Source of the DNA: Candidatus Latescibacterota bacterium
GTDB taxonomy: Bacteria; Latescibacterota; UBA2968; UBA8231
Assembly (NCBI GenBank): GCA_963422735.1
Contig: OY730476.1
Coordinates: 1,280,001 to 1,344,000, forward strand
Direction: 5' to 3'
DNA: 64,000 nt
A program made the position numbers and the translations under genes. Below, one piece after another: positions 29,065 to 37,512 of this stretch. Position 1 is the first letter of the stretch, and each line of letters begins with the position of its first letter. The notes under the pieces are model-generated. The model ran no database searches. It was not told where the DNA came from and saw only the letters and a list, made by a program, of their open reading frames with translations.

Positions 29065-29355
29065 TCCAAGATTGGACCAGTAGATGGCACCTCCTTCCCT
29101 ATCGGTCCAGCACACCTTGCCTCCCAATACATCCAGAGCAATGTCGCCTGGATACCTCAGTTCTGGCTCGACGAGGCGTTCGGCACTGGAGCCGTCAAGG
29201 TTGGACCGAAAAATTCCATTCTCCAAATCCATCCAGTAGATCTTGCCCTCTGCAATCGGCGACTCAGCGTAGCTAATGCCCTGTACGCCAAGGGCCAACC
29301 ATACCGCTACTAAAATGGACGCGATGGCTTTTCGATTCGCAACCGAGTTTATCAT
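29065..29355 (-). pseudogene. Truncated secreted LDL-receptor class B (YWTD-like) repeat protein
   Basis: Signal peptide then KIYWMD...IFRSNLDGS...PGDIALD...GKVCWTD...IYWSNLG; breaks off at the TA module. Confidence 0.7.
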
Positions 29356-29357
29356 GC

Positions 29358-30524
29358 TCAGCGCTCCACTGCGCGGCCCCAAGGCCCAGGGATGTAGGGG
29401 AAGCGCGTTTCGAGGTCGTCGGCTAGTTCTACACCCCAGCCGGACGCGCCGGGCAGCACGAGGTAGCCTTCGGTCGCGGGCGGGTCTTTGAGGATGCCCC
29501 ATTGCAACGGCCCTTGGCCAATGAACATTTCCAGCACGTGCTCTTCGGGGAGAGCGGCGAGGAAGTGGGCGTTGGCTATGGTCAACAGGCCGTTGTGCCA
29601 GTTCTGAGTGAAAAGCTCAATGCCGTACTCTTTGGCGCGGTGGTAGATGCGGATGGCATCGCCGAGGCTACAGACGCCGACATCGAGCTGGCCCTTGGCG
29701 TACGCTCTTTGCGCGAAGAACGACTCGAACTGGTCGAGCGTCGAGTTGGATTCGCCGCCGGTGATGGGCAGATGCAGTTCGGCATTGAGGCGGGCGTAGC
29801 CGTCGACTTGGTCCTTGGGCAGTGGTTCTTCAAACCAAGTCCATCCCGCTTCGTCGAGAAAGTGGCCAATCTCGCCGGCCTGCGCCTCGTCGAGGCGGCA
29901 GTTGCCCTCCAGCATCAGCTCCATGCGCTCGCCCACCACGTCGGTCACCTCCTGCAACAGGTCAATCATCTGCGCGACAGTGACGCCCGACCACGACCAC
30001 TGGGTGCCCAGCCGCATCTTATAGGCGGTAAAGCCCCGGTCGGCGAGGGTACGCGCTTCATCGACGACCGATGTGGGGCGGTTGTCCCAGTCGTATTGGA
30101 CACCGCCGGAAGCATAGAGGCGCAGGCGGGTGCGCGATTTGCGCTCGGGGGTATCCGGCGTGATGAGGGGGACGATGAGTTCGGAGACTGTTTTGTTTTG
30201 CGCCTTGGCGCGCAGATCCCACAACGCCAGTTCGAGACCAGCGTGGGCAATATGCATCGAGCGGTCGCCAGTGGGTTTGGGCGCGAGGTCCGGGTCGAGT
30301 GGGTCGCGGCTGATGAGACTGGTCTTGAGCGCGTCGAGCCGCTGGCGAATGAGCGGTGGATCGCCATAAGTGGAAGGTTCGGCAATGCCCTGCAAGCCGG
30401 CGTCCGTGTCGATGATGACGATGGGACAGTCGGCTTTTTCCACGTGGAAGGCGGCGCTGAACCACTGGCGGTCGGGTTCGTGGGGACGGGAGAGGCAGAG
30501 GGTGCGGATGTCGGTGATTTTCAT
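29358..30524 (-). CDS. Mandelate racemase/muconate lactonizing enzyme (enolase superfamily)
   Basis: MKITDI start, TDAGLQG, ALWDL.AK, YASGG, K.R, WFEEP, TGGE, HNG, PG..GWGVEL. Confidence 0.9.
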   Translation of the reverse strand: MKITDIRTLCLSRPHEPDRQWFSAAFHVEKADCPIVIIDTDAGLQGIAEPSTYGDPPLIRQRLDALKTSLISRDPLDPDLAPKPTGDRSMHIAHAGLELALWDLRAKAQNKTVSELIVPLITPDTPERKSRTRLRLYASGGVQYDWDNRPTSVVDEARTLADRGFTAYKMRLGTQWSWSGVTVAQMIDLLQEVTDVVGERMELMLEGNCRLDEAQAGEIGHFLDEAGWTWFEEPLPKDQVDGYARLNAELHLPITGGESNSTLDQFESFFAQRAYAKGQLDVGVCSLGDAIRIYHRAKEYGIELFTQNWHNGLLTIANAHFLAALPEEHVLEMFIGQGPLQWGILKDPPATEGYLVLPGASGWGVELADDLETRFPYIPGPWGRAVER

Positions 30525-30532
30525 GGAGGCCC

Positions 30533-31567
30533 TCAGCGCGTATTGCGCACCCAGTCCAGTGAGAAGCCGGCCAGAGTCAGGCGCTCGTAGGGCTGCTCGG
30601 CACCGCATTCATAGAGACAGGCGGCGCGGCCGTCGGGCAAAGCAGCCAAACAGGAATACGCGGCCGGGCCGGAATACAAAACGCGGGCACTAGCCCACGT
30701 TTGACCATCGTCGTCGCTGAGCCGCACGGTCATGTTCCGGCGTCCCTCGGTGCTGGCGGGGTTGGAAAAGAGCAAGCTGGTCCCAACCCGGCGGATGCTG
30801 GCTTGGCAGATCGGCTCGACGAGGACGGGATCGCGCGCCAGCGGCGACCAACTCTGTCCGCCGTCGTGGCCAAAAGAAAAAGCGCGGGCGCGGATACTTG
30901 GGTCGTAGTTGCGCATATTGAGCAGCAAGCGGCCATCTTGCAACTCTACGACTTCACACTCGTTGACTTGGTCTTGCGGGGTCGAGCCGCCAAGTCGCCA
31001 GCTTTGGCCGCCATCGTCGCTGAGCAGGACGTGCGAGTAGTATTTCTTAGTGCCCGCTTCGATGTGATCGCAGGGGATGACGAGCCGGCCGGTGCTTAGC
31101 TCGATGCCAGCGCCTGGGCCGGTGGCGTACCAAGTCCAGTTGGGTTGCTTAGCGTCGGATGTGATCTCCACGGGAGGAGACCACGTGCGTCCGTCGTCCT
31201 CACTGCGCGTCAGCCACACGGTGCGGGTGCCCTCGCTCGTTTGGTCGATGATCTCGGGCTCGTGGTCGCCGCCGAGATTGTGGGTCATCAGTAGGGAAAT
31301 CGCACCCGTGCGGGCATCGACCACCGGGCAGGGGTTGCCGCAGGTATTCGAGCCATCGTCCCACACTAGCTCGAAGGGAGCAAACGTCTGGCCGCCGTCG
31401 TCGCTGCGCCGCAGCAGCATGTCGATGTCGCCGGTGTCGCCGCGAGCGTTTTTGCGGCCCTCGCAAAAGGCGAGTACCGCGCCTGTTGGTGTAGTAATCA
31501 GGGATGGGATGCGGAAGGTGTGGTAGCCTTGGGTCCCGCTCTCAAAGAGGTCAATGGAATCGATCAC
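30533..31567 (-). CDS. GH33 sialidase-family (BNR/Asp-box) protein, no signal peptide
   Basis: FRIP motif, several SxDxGxTW Asp boxes, GPG.GI, NEC, MRN, AYS, YE. Confidence 0.92.
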   Translation of the reverse strand: MIDSIDLFESGTQGYHTFRIPSLITTPTGAVLAFCEGRKNARGDTGDIDMLLRRSDDGGQTFAPFELVWDDGSNTCGNPCPVVDARTGAISLLMTHNLGGDHEPEIIDQTSEGTRTVWLTRSEDDGRTWSPPVEITSDAKQPNWTWYATGPGAGIELSTGRLVIPCDHIEAGTKKYYSHVLLSDDGGQSWRLGGSTPQDQVNECEVVELQDGRLLLNMRNYDPSIRARAFSFGHDGGQSWSPLARDPVLVEPICQASIRRVGTSLLFSNPASTEGRRNMTVRLSDDDGQTWASARVLYSGPAAYSCLAALPDGRAACLYECGAEQPYERLTLAGFSLDWVRNTR

Positions 31568-31578
31568 GTCGTTGGCTC

Positions 31579-31758
31579 CTATACCATAGGCTCAAGTCTT
31601 TTGGCCGCTGGGTTGACGCCCATGAACACGCCTTCAAGGACCAGAGCACCTAGCAACGGCGCGGTTACAGACGCCCCTGTATCCACTAGCGCGTCCAAGT
31701 CAATCCAGTGTGCCCGCTGCGGGTCGCCGATGCAGATCGGTACGTTGAACATTCCCAT
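31579..31758 (-). pseudogene. Internally deleted clan AA (retropepsin-like) aspartic protease
   Basis: 59-aa frame MGMFNVPICIGDP...ALVDTGAS joined directly to PLLGALVLE..FMGVNP..KRL; not in the ORF track. Confidence 0.7.
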
Positions 31759-31862
31759 GAAATAGTGTCCTCAAAAAGAAAATCATTGGTCCGATGCGTG
31801 TGAATATACTCCGTCGAATCGAAGTAGAGCAAGGACGCCCCGTGGGGTGGAATATACCCAGC

Positions 31863-31956
31863 AGAAGCCCGTGCCAGCCGGGTGCGCCCCGTTGGCACCG
31901 CCTAAAGTCGGCTATAGGCGCTTGGGGCGCACCCGGAATGTTCAGACCGCTTCTTA
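31863..31956. mobile_element. Small palindromic MITE/REP-like element
   Basis: 13-bp perfect stem CCGGGTGCGCCCC/GGGGCGCACCCGG; the right end TTCAGACCGCTTCTTA resembles the right end of the 62517 MITE. Confidence 0.5.
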
Positions 31957-31994
31957 GATTTTAATGGCTTCTAGTGATCAGTGGTTAGTGCTCA

Positions 31995-32217
31995 GTCCCA
32001 TCCGCCCCTTGGCGGCGGGTACCCGGCGACGGGCCCTAGAACATCGACGCGGGGGACCGCGCTGGTCCGGACGAGGGCTACGGGCAGGCCGAGTGAAACC
32101 GCCTAAATGAAACCTGAATGCCCAACCGTACACTAGGAAATTCCGATGACGTATAACATATCTTGGCTACCCGCGCAGCAGATCCCGAAGGGCCGGGCAA
32201 AGCCCGAGCGGATAGAC
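31995..32217. ncRNA. Candidate structured non-coding RNA, unassigned
   Basis: No credible ORF; several nested helices and GNRA-capped hairpins on the + strand (see findings). Confidence 0.3.
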
Positions 32218-32227
32218 GATGTTATGT
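32151..32227 (-). other. attC-like hairpin overlapping the stop codon of the PHP phosphatase gene
   Basis: Minus strand ACATAAC (contains the TAA stop)...CTATCCGC...GCGGGTAG...GTTATAC, 77 nt; spacer geometry is non-canonical. Confidence 0.3.
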
Positions 32228-33094
32228 GCCGTAGCCCCCTGGGATCTGCCAATCAGTACTGCAACCAGACTGCTTTAGTATTGCGATCCCTTTTTCGATA
32301 TTCAATCCAACTCCCGCGACGCCATGTGAATCATCTCCCGGGACGCAGGGGACTCCAAGATCCAGTGCCGTTTCCAAAATAGATCTGGATACATAGGGTT
32401 CAGATCCCCCCTTTTCGAAGGCTCTGACATTGAAATCTAAAATCGATCCAAGATCCTTGATCTTCTCAAGATTTCTCCGGATTCTCTCCTTGATTTTTGA
32501 GGTCTCTAAGCGCTGACGATAGTCCGTGTCGTGCATGCGAATCAGATCAAAGTGTCCGACCACCTCGGGCTCAAGTTTCTCTAGTAGCTCGTACTGTTGG
32601 TCGAAGTACTCACAGAAAAGCGCATCGATTCCTCCGACCTCCTCAATGGCTTGGGCATACCATTCTGGCGGACCATCGATACATATATCTTTCACGTGAT
32701 GAACCGAGCCTACGATGTAGTCAGGTTGAAATCGATTCCGCAGACTGTTTACGTGCGCTATATAGCCCGTGTAGCTCTCTGTTTCGAGCCCAACTAAAAT
32801 CCGAACGGAATCGCGATACTCCTTTTGTAGCTTGCGGGCGACGGAGAAATAGTTTTCGAATCGCCTGAACATTGACTGCACTGTGTGTCCTTCCTCAATA
32901 TCCCAAGGAAACAGAAAATCTGCTGAAACGGGAGGGATATGTTCAGTCACTCCTACCCATTTAAAGCCTTTGCGAACGTAAGCGTATATGATCTCCTCAA
33001 GCGAGGAATCATTTGCATCGCCGAATTCTTTGCTATGTCCACCGTGGATGGATACAAGAGCAGCAGATGGAGGTTTTGGCCTTGGCTTCAGCAT
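32222..33094 (-). CDS. PHP-family histidinol-phosphatase (HisJ-like)
   Basis: SIHGGHS, TEH.P, GLETE, DYIVGSVHH, GHFDLIR, GDDSH; lower GC than the backbone. Confidence 0.88.
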   Translation of the reverse strand: MLKPRPKPPSAALVSIHGGHSKEFGDANDSSLEEIIYAYVRKGFKWVGVTEHIPPVSADFLFPWDIEEGHTVQSMFRRFENYFSVARKLQKEYRDSVRILVGLETESYTGYIAHVNSLRNRFQPDYIVGSVHHVKDICIDGPPEWYAQAIEEVGGIDALFCEYFDQQYELLEKLEPEVVGHFDLIRMHDTDYRQRLETSKIKERIRRNLEKIKDLGSILDFNVRAFEKGGSEPYVSRSILETALDLGVPCVPGDDSHGVAGVGLNIEKGIAILKQSGCSTDWQIPGGYGT

Positions 33095-33404
33095 CGAGGC
33101 GTCTCAAGCCACCGCATCGACAGACCCCGCCCGGGGGCCAGTCCGCTCCAGCCGTCCCCTGCTTAAAGAGTTGCAAAACGGTGCCCACATGGCCTCGCTC
33201 CTCTTGGATTTGCACGCTCTGCTGTGCTTGGGCGGCTAGGGCGCACACTGCCTCGATGTGTCCATCGATCAGTTCGGCTACCGACGTAGTCGAATCCGTC
33301 TCGGTATCGCAGAGACCGCTGGTGCTCGCCCTTTTCGTCGCAAAAAGTATGCGTCGGCTGGATGTGCGGCGTCACTGAGAGGTACATATAGACTGGCTCG
33401 CGCC

Positions 33405-33546
33405 GAGTGCGGCTCGGACGTCTTATTAACTATCGAAGACTATTTGAAAATTACCGGAAAGAAAAAAAGCATCGTCGAATTGCTGGCCATGCCAGAGGCA
33501 GCCGCGTTTGAATCGAGAAATGTATAAAGCGGCGGATTTATCTTGA
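33405..33546 (+). pseudogene. 3' remnant of a Phd/StbC-like antitoxin
   Basis: VLLTIEDYLKITGKKKSIVELLAMPEA, followed in another frame by YKAADLS* overlapping the toxin ATG. Confidence 0.65.
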
Positions 33547-33965
33547 TGTACTTACTCGATACGAATGTCATTGCGGAATTGAGAAAGGCAAGCTCCCGTA
33601 AAAGCCCTTGCGTGGGCAAATAACGTCCCCGCAGCACGGCTCTTTTTGTCGGTTGTCACGATTTTGGAACTTGAAATGGGCACACTGTTGGTTGAGCGTC
33701 GAGATCCAACACAGGGAGCAGTACTCCGCTCTTGGCTCAATGTACATGTAATGCCGGCATTCTCGGACCGCATTTTGCCGGTCGATACCAAGGTCGCCCA
33801 GCGTTGGCCAAGCTCCATGTCCCCGACCCGCGCCTAGACCGCGATGCGCTGATTGCAGCCACGGCATTAGTTCACGGGATGACGGTGGTTACCCGCAATG
33901 TTGACGACTTTGCTCCTATAGGCGTCGAAATAGTAAATCCCTGGGAGTACGCGAAATCTGCTTGA
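33546..33965 (+). pseudogene. vapC: VapC/PIN toxin, frameshifted
   Basis: MYLLDTNVIAELRK / LSVVTILELEMG...RRDPTQG..LRSWL / DRDALIAATALVHGMTVVTRNVDDF spread over successive frames. Confidence 0.85.
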
Positions 33966-33985
33966 GGCCTGTTTGACAGCGGCTT

Positions 33986-34981
33986 TCAGTCGCGGGTGCA
34001 GGCTGGTCGGCGGCGGAGCAAGCCTTGCTCCCAGTACCAGTTGATCGTCCGCATCAACCCTTCCCCTTGGTCCGTGTAGGCTAGGCCCAGCTCAGCGGTG
34101 GCACGACGTCCGTCGGCGCGGAAGCCGTGTGCGCCTAGGCGGTAGGTTTCCCACGACAGGACCGGCGGTCTGCGGGTCAGGCGCGAAAGGGCCTCGCCGC
34201 CGAGCGCGTAGGGCGCGGCCAGCGGAGCGGGAATGGTCGGCGGCGACCAGCACCCGGCTAGCCGACAGATCTGCCGGCTGAGTTCGGTCAATTCGTTGAT
34301 GGTGCCCGCGAGTATATAGCGTTCTCCGACTCGGCCATTTTCAGCCGCCAGCACGTGTCCCCGAACCGCGTCGTCAATGTACACCAAGCTCAACCAGCCG
34401 GGGAAAAGCGCGGGGACCCGACCGTTGAGCAGGCTAATGAAAAAGCGCCCGGAGGGTTTGCAATCGCCCGGACCGTAGATGGCAGCGGGCTGGACGCAGA
34501 TGAGCGGCATCCCCTTTTCCACATATGTAAACGCCACCTGCTCGGCTGCGTATTTGGCCTTTTCATAACGCGAAAGAAAATAGCCGCGATGGACCGTTGT
34601 CTCGGTGGCGACATGGCCTTTGGCCTCGCCAATACAGGCGGCAGTACTGGTATAGACGACCTTGGCGACGCCGACTGCCAACGCCGCCTCCATGGCGTTG
34701 CGGGTCCCCTCGGTTTCAGTGGCCAAGAGTTCGGCTTCGTCCAACCCCCACAAGTCGTAGAGAGCCGCGGCGTGGAAGAGAGTATCGCAACCTGCGAGCG
34801 CGGCTTCGATGCTCGCACGGACGAGAATATCGCCGCGGACGATTTCGACGCCTAAGGCCTCCAGCGCCTCGGTCTGGCTAGTGGGCCGCGCCAGCACCCG
34901 GACGTATGCACCGCCAGCGACGAGGGCGCGAACCAAAGCCCCGCCGACAAAGCCGGTGCCGCCGGTGACCAAAGCCCGCAT
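33986..34981 (-). CDS. NAD-dependent epimerase/dehydratase (HpnA/dihydroflavonol reductase-like)
   Basis: VTGGTGFVG, FHAAA, YTST, YEKAK, YGPGD. Confidence 0.9.
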   Translation of the reverse strand: MRALVTGGTGFVGGALVRALVAGGAYVRVLARPTSQTEALEALGVEIVRGDILVRASIEAALAGCDTLFHAAALYDLWGLDEAELLATETEGTRNAMEAALAVGVAKVVYTSTAACIGEAKGHVATETTVHRGYFLSRYEKAKYAAEQVAFTYVEKGMPLICVQPAAIYGPGDCKPSGRFFISLLNGRVPALFPGWLSLVYIDDAVRGHVLAAENGRVGERYILAGTINELTELSRQICRLAGCWSPPTIPAPLAAPYALGGEALSRLTRRPPVLSWETYRLGAHGFRADGRRATAELGLAYTDQGEGLMRTINWYWEQGLLRRRPACTRD

Positions 34982-35835
34982 TAGGCGGCGGCTCCGGCAC
35001 CGAGATGTTGGCGCAAAAAGACGCGCAGTGGCACGTCTTCATCGGTGGGCGAGGTGTACCCGTAGCCGCCGCTAGGCGCGTACCCTAGTAGCTGGCGGCG
35101 AATCGGGTCACAGCGCTCAAAAAGGTGTTCGACGGTCTGGTCGTCGCGGGGGCGGAGCCAGCGATAAGAATAGCCGTAGAAGAGCACCTTGCGGGCGATA
35201 GCCGAGGCGTTGGAACTGGCCGAGTGCCAGATCCGGCGGTCGAAGAGCACCGCCCCACCCTGCGGCACCAACACGGGGACGGCGTTGCGGGGCAAGGAGC
35301 CGTCGTCGGGGATGTCATACGCATCCAGCAAGTGGCTGCCGGGCACAACCCAAAAGTTGGCGCGGCCTGCTGCCGAACAGTCGCTGAGGAAATAGGCCAT
35401 CTTGACCGAGATCCGCGGCCGGGGGCTGGACTCGATCTCGTAGTTGACGCGGTCCGAGTCTTGGTGCCAACCCTGCATCTTGACTCGGCAGTTATTAGGC
35501 TCGGTGGGCGGGCTATAGGCGAGGACGGTGTGGTATATCTGGATATTCCAGCCGAGTGTTCCCCAGACCTTGGGTAGTGCTCGAGGCCAATCGACCAAGT
35601 CTAAGTAGCATTCGTCGCGCCCAATCATGTCGCGCACGGTCAGCCGGGCGTAGAGTCCGACGCCGCGCTTTTCGCGCTCCTCGGCGTCAACCCGGTCGGA
35701 GGCTTCCACGAGTGCGTCAACCGCATCGGGAGGCAGCATCTCGTCGAAGACGAGGTAGCCGCGCTGGGTAAACTCTAGGCGTTCAGCCTCGGTCAACGCG
35801 TACTGCAAGCAAGAAGAATCCATGGAAGCCCCCAT
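34981..35835 (-). CDS. Phytanoyl-CoA dioxygenase (PhyH) family Fe(II)/2OG oxygenase
   Basis: F..RGYL, WHQD, VVPGSH, G..LFD.R.WH, RK.L.YGY. Confidence 0.9.
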   Translation of the reverse strand: MGASMDSSCLQYALTEAERLEFTQRGYLVFDEMLPPDAVDALVEASDRVDAEEREKRGVGLYARLTVRDMIGRDECYLDLVDWPRALPKVWGTLGWNIQIYHTVLAYSPPTEPNNCRVKMQGWHQDSDRVNYEIESSPRPRISVKMAYFLSDCSAAGRANFWVVPGSHLLDAYDIPDDGSLPRNAVPVLVPQGGAVLFDRRIWHSASSNASAIARKVLFYGYSYRWLRPRDDQTVEHLFERCDPIRRQLLGYAPSGGYGYTSPTDEDVPLRVFLRQHLGAGAAA

Positions 35836-35862
35836 CTAAGCAGCGAGCCATTGACCTGCGAA

Positions 35863-37155
35863 TTACAGGTCGTACCCTACTTCGCCGTGCTCGCTCAGGT
35901 CAAGTCCATCAATCTCGGTCTCCCCATCCACGCGCAGGCCGCCTACTAAGTCGATGACCTTGAGAATGACAAACGATACGACTAGGGTATAAACGGCTGT
36001 GCCGACCGCGGCGAAGGCTTGGATGCCGAACTGCTTGCCCATGTCTAAGCCCTCGATAGTGCCGCCCAAGGCGGTCGAGGCGAAGAAGGACACCAGCAGA
36101 ACCCCGACTAAGCCGCCGAAGCCGTGAACCCCCACTACGTCGAGCGCGTCGTCGTACCCGCAGGTGCGCTTGAGCCAAGTGGCGGCCCAATAGGCGACGA
36201 GGCTAGAGCACAGGCCGATGGCAAAAGCCCCCAGCGGCCCCACTGTGCCCGATGCCGGGGTAATGGCCGCTAGACCAGCGATGGCGCCGGTGGCAAAACC
36301 GAGCGCACTAGGTTTGCCGTTTTTAATCCATTCGATAAAAATCCACGTCAGCGACGCGACGCTGGGCGAGATTTGGGTGACCACGACCGCCATAGCCGCC
36401 TGCCCATTAGCCGCCAAGGCACTGCCGCCATTGAAGCCGAACCACCCAACCCAGAGCATGGCCGTGCCGACGAGGTTCATAGTCATGTTGTGCGGGGGCA
36501 TGGGCTGTTCGGGATAGCCAGTGCGCTTGCCGACGAGGATCGCGGCTACCAGCGCGGCTGCCCCGGCGGTGATATGGACGACGATGCCGCCAGCAAAGTC
36601 AAAGACGCCCATCGCGCCCAAGTAGCCGCCCTCTCCCCAGACCATGTGCGTAATGGGCAGATAAACCAAAACACACCACAGCCCACTGAACCACATCACG
36701 GCCGAAAACTTCATGCGCTCGGCAAAGGCACCGACAAAAAGCCCGGGGGTGATGATGGCAAACGTCATCTGGAAGACGAAGAAGAGCAATTCCGGGATGG
36801 TGCCCGCAAGGCTGTCCACAGTGACGCCGTTGAGAAAGGACTTGGACAGGCCGCCGATGAAGGGGTTGTTGGCCGTAAAGGCCAAGCTATAACCGAAAAT
36901 GGTCCATAAGACAGTGATCAGGGCCGCAATCCCAAAGCAGTGCATATAGACCGAGAGCACATTGCGAGTGCGGACCAGACCAGCGTAAAACATGGCCAAG
37001 CCGGGGATCATCATAAAGAGAACCAAGCCGGTGGAAATCAGAATCCAGGCCGTGTCGCCGGTATCGAGCTTGTCTTGGGCGAAGGCGGCATTGGGGATTG
37101 CGAAAAAAACAAAAGCCAGCAGGGCGAGAAGGCCCCCCTTTCTGCGAACTATCAT
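35863..37155 (-). CDS. amtB: Ammonium transporter
   Basis: GDTAW, PGLAMFYAG, FQMTFAIIT, DFAGGIVVH, LWVGWFGFNGGS, GLAAITP, DDALDVVGVHG. Confidence 0.97.
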   Translation of the reverse strand: MIVRRKGGLLALLAFVFFAIPNAAFAQDKLDTGDTAWILISTGLVLFMMIPGLAMFYAGLVRTRNVLSVYMHCFGIAALITVLWTIFGYSLAFTANNPFIGGLSKSFLNGVTVDSLAGTIPELLFFVFQMTFAIITPGLFVGAFAERMKFSAVMWFSGLWCVLVYLPITHMVWGEGGYLGAMGVFDFAGGIVVHITAGAAALVAAILVGKRTGYPEQPMPPHNMTMNLVGTAMLWVGWFGFNGGSALAANGQAAMAVVVTQISPSVASLTWIFIEWIKNGKPSALGFATGAIAGLAAITPASGTVGPLGAFAIGLCSSLVAYWAATWLKRTCGYDDALDVVGVHGFGGLVGVLLVSFFASTALGGTIEGLDMGKQFGIQAFAAVGTAVYTLVVSFVILKVIDLVGGLRVDGETEIDGLDLSEHGEVGYDL

Positions 37156-37210
37156 GTCGAACCCCTTTTAGGTGCGATAGGTGGAATGCGTGCAGGAGGA
37201 AGTTTATATA

Positions 37211-37238
37211 AATAAGAAAACTTGGGCCTTTGCCCAAG
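37211..37238 (-). terminator. Intrinsic terminator-like hairpin about 55 nt upstream of amtB
   Basis: Minus strand CTTGGGC-AAAG-GCCCAAG followed by TTTTCTTATTT. Confidence 0.55.
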
Positions 37239-37512
37239 CGTTGATCGCAAAGTTGTCAGATTGAGACGACAAAAATGGCGGAGAAGGAATGTAATTTTTG
37301 CAGCGACAGGTGCGGCGTTAGAGGAATAATAGTTCGCTAATCGCCTGCTGCCGATAGCCAAAAATGCGTTTGAGCTGAAGTTTGACTAGGGGCGGACCGA
37401 TAGGCGGCAGAGGGGGCGAGTAATGCGCTCTAGATTTTGCGCCTCGGCGAAGAAGGCGAAGACCTCCTAGCGTCCGAGGGACAAGGTCATCGATGCTGCG
37501 AGGACGTGGGGT

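Noticed and set aside
29502-30590. Long antisense ORFs (for example 362 aa here, and many others in the track)
   Set aside because: These are expected shadow ORFs in high-GC DNA opposite well-supported genes, and they carry no motifs.
31880-32220. Complete group II or group I intron (GTGCGCCC start, GNRA hairpins)
   Set aside because: There is no domain V, no intron-encoded RT, no P/Q/R/S elements and no interrupted gene; GTGCG is part of a palindromic repeat.
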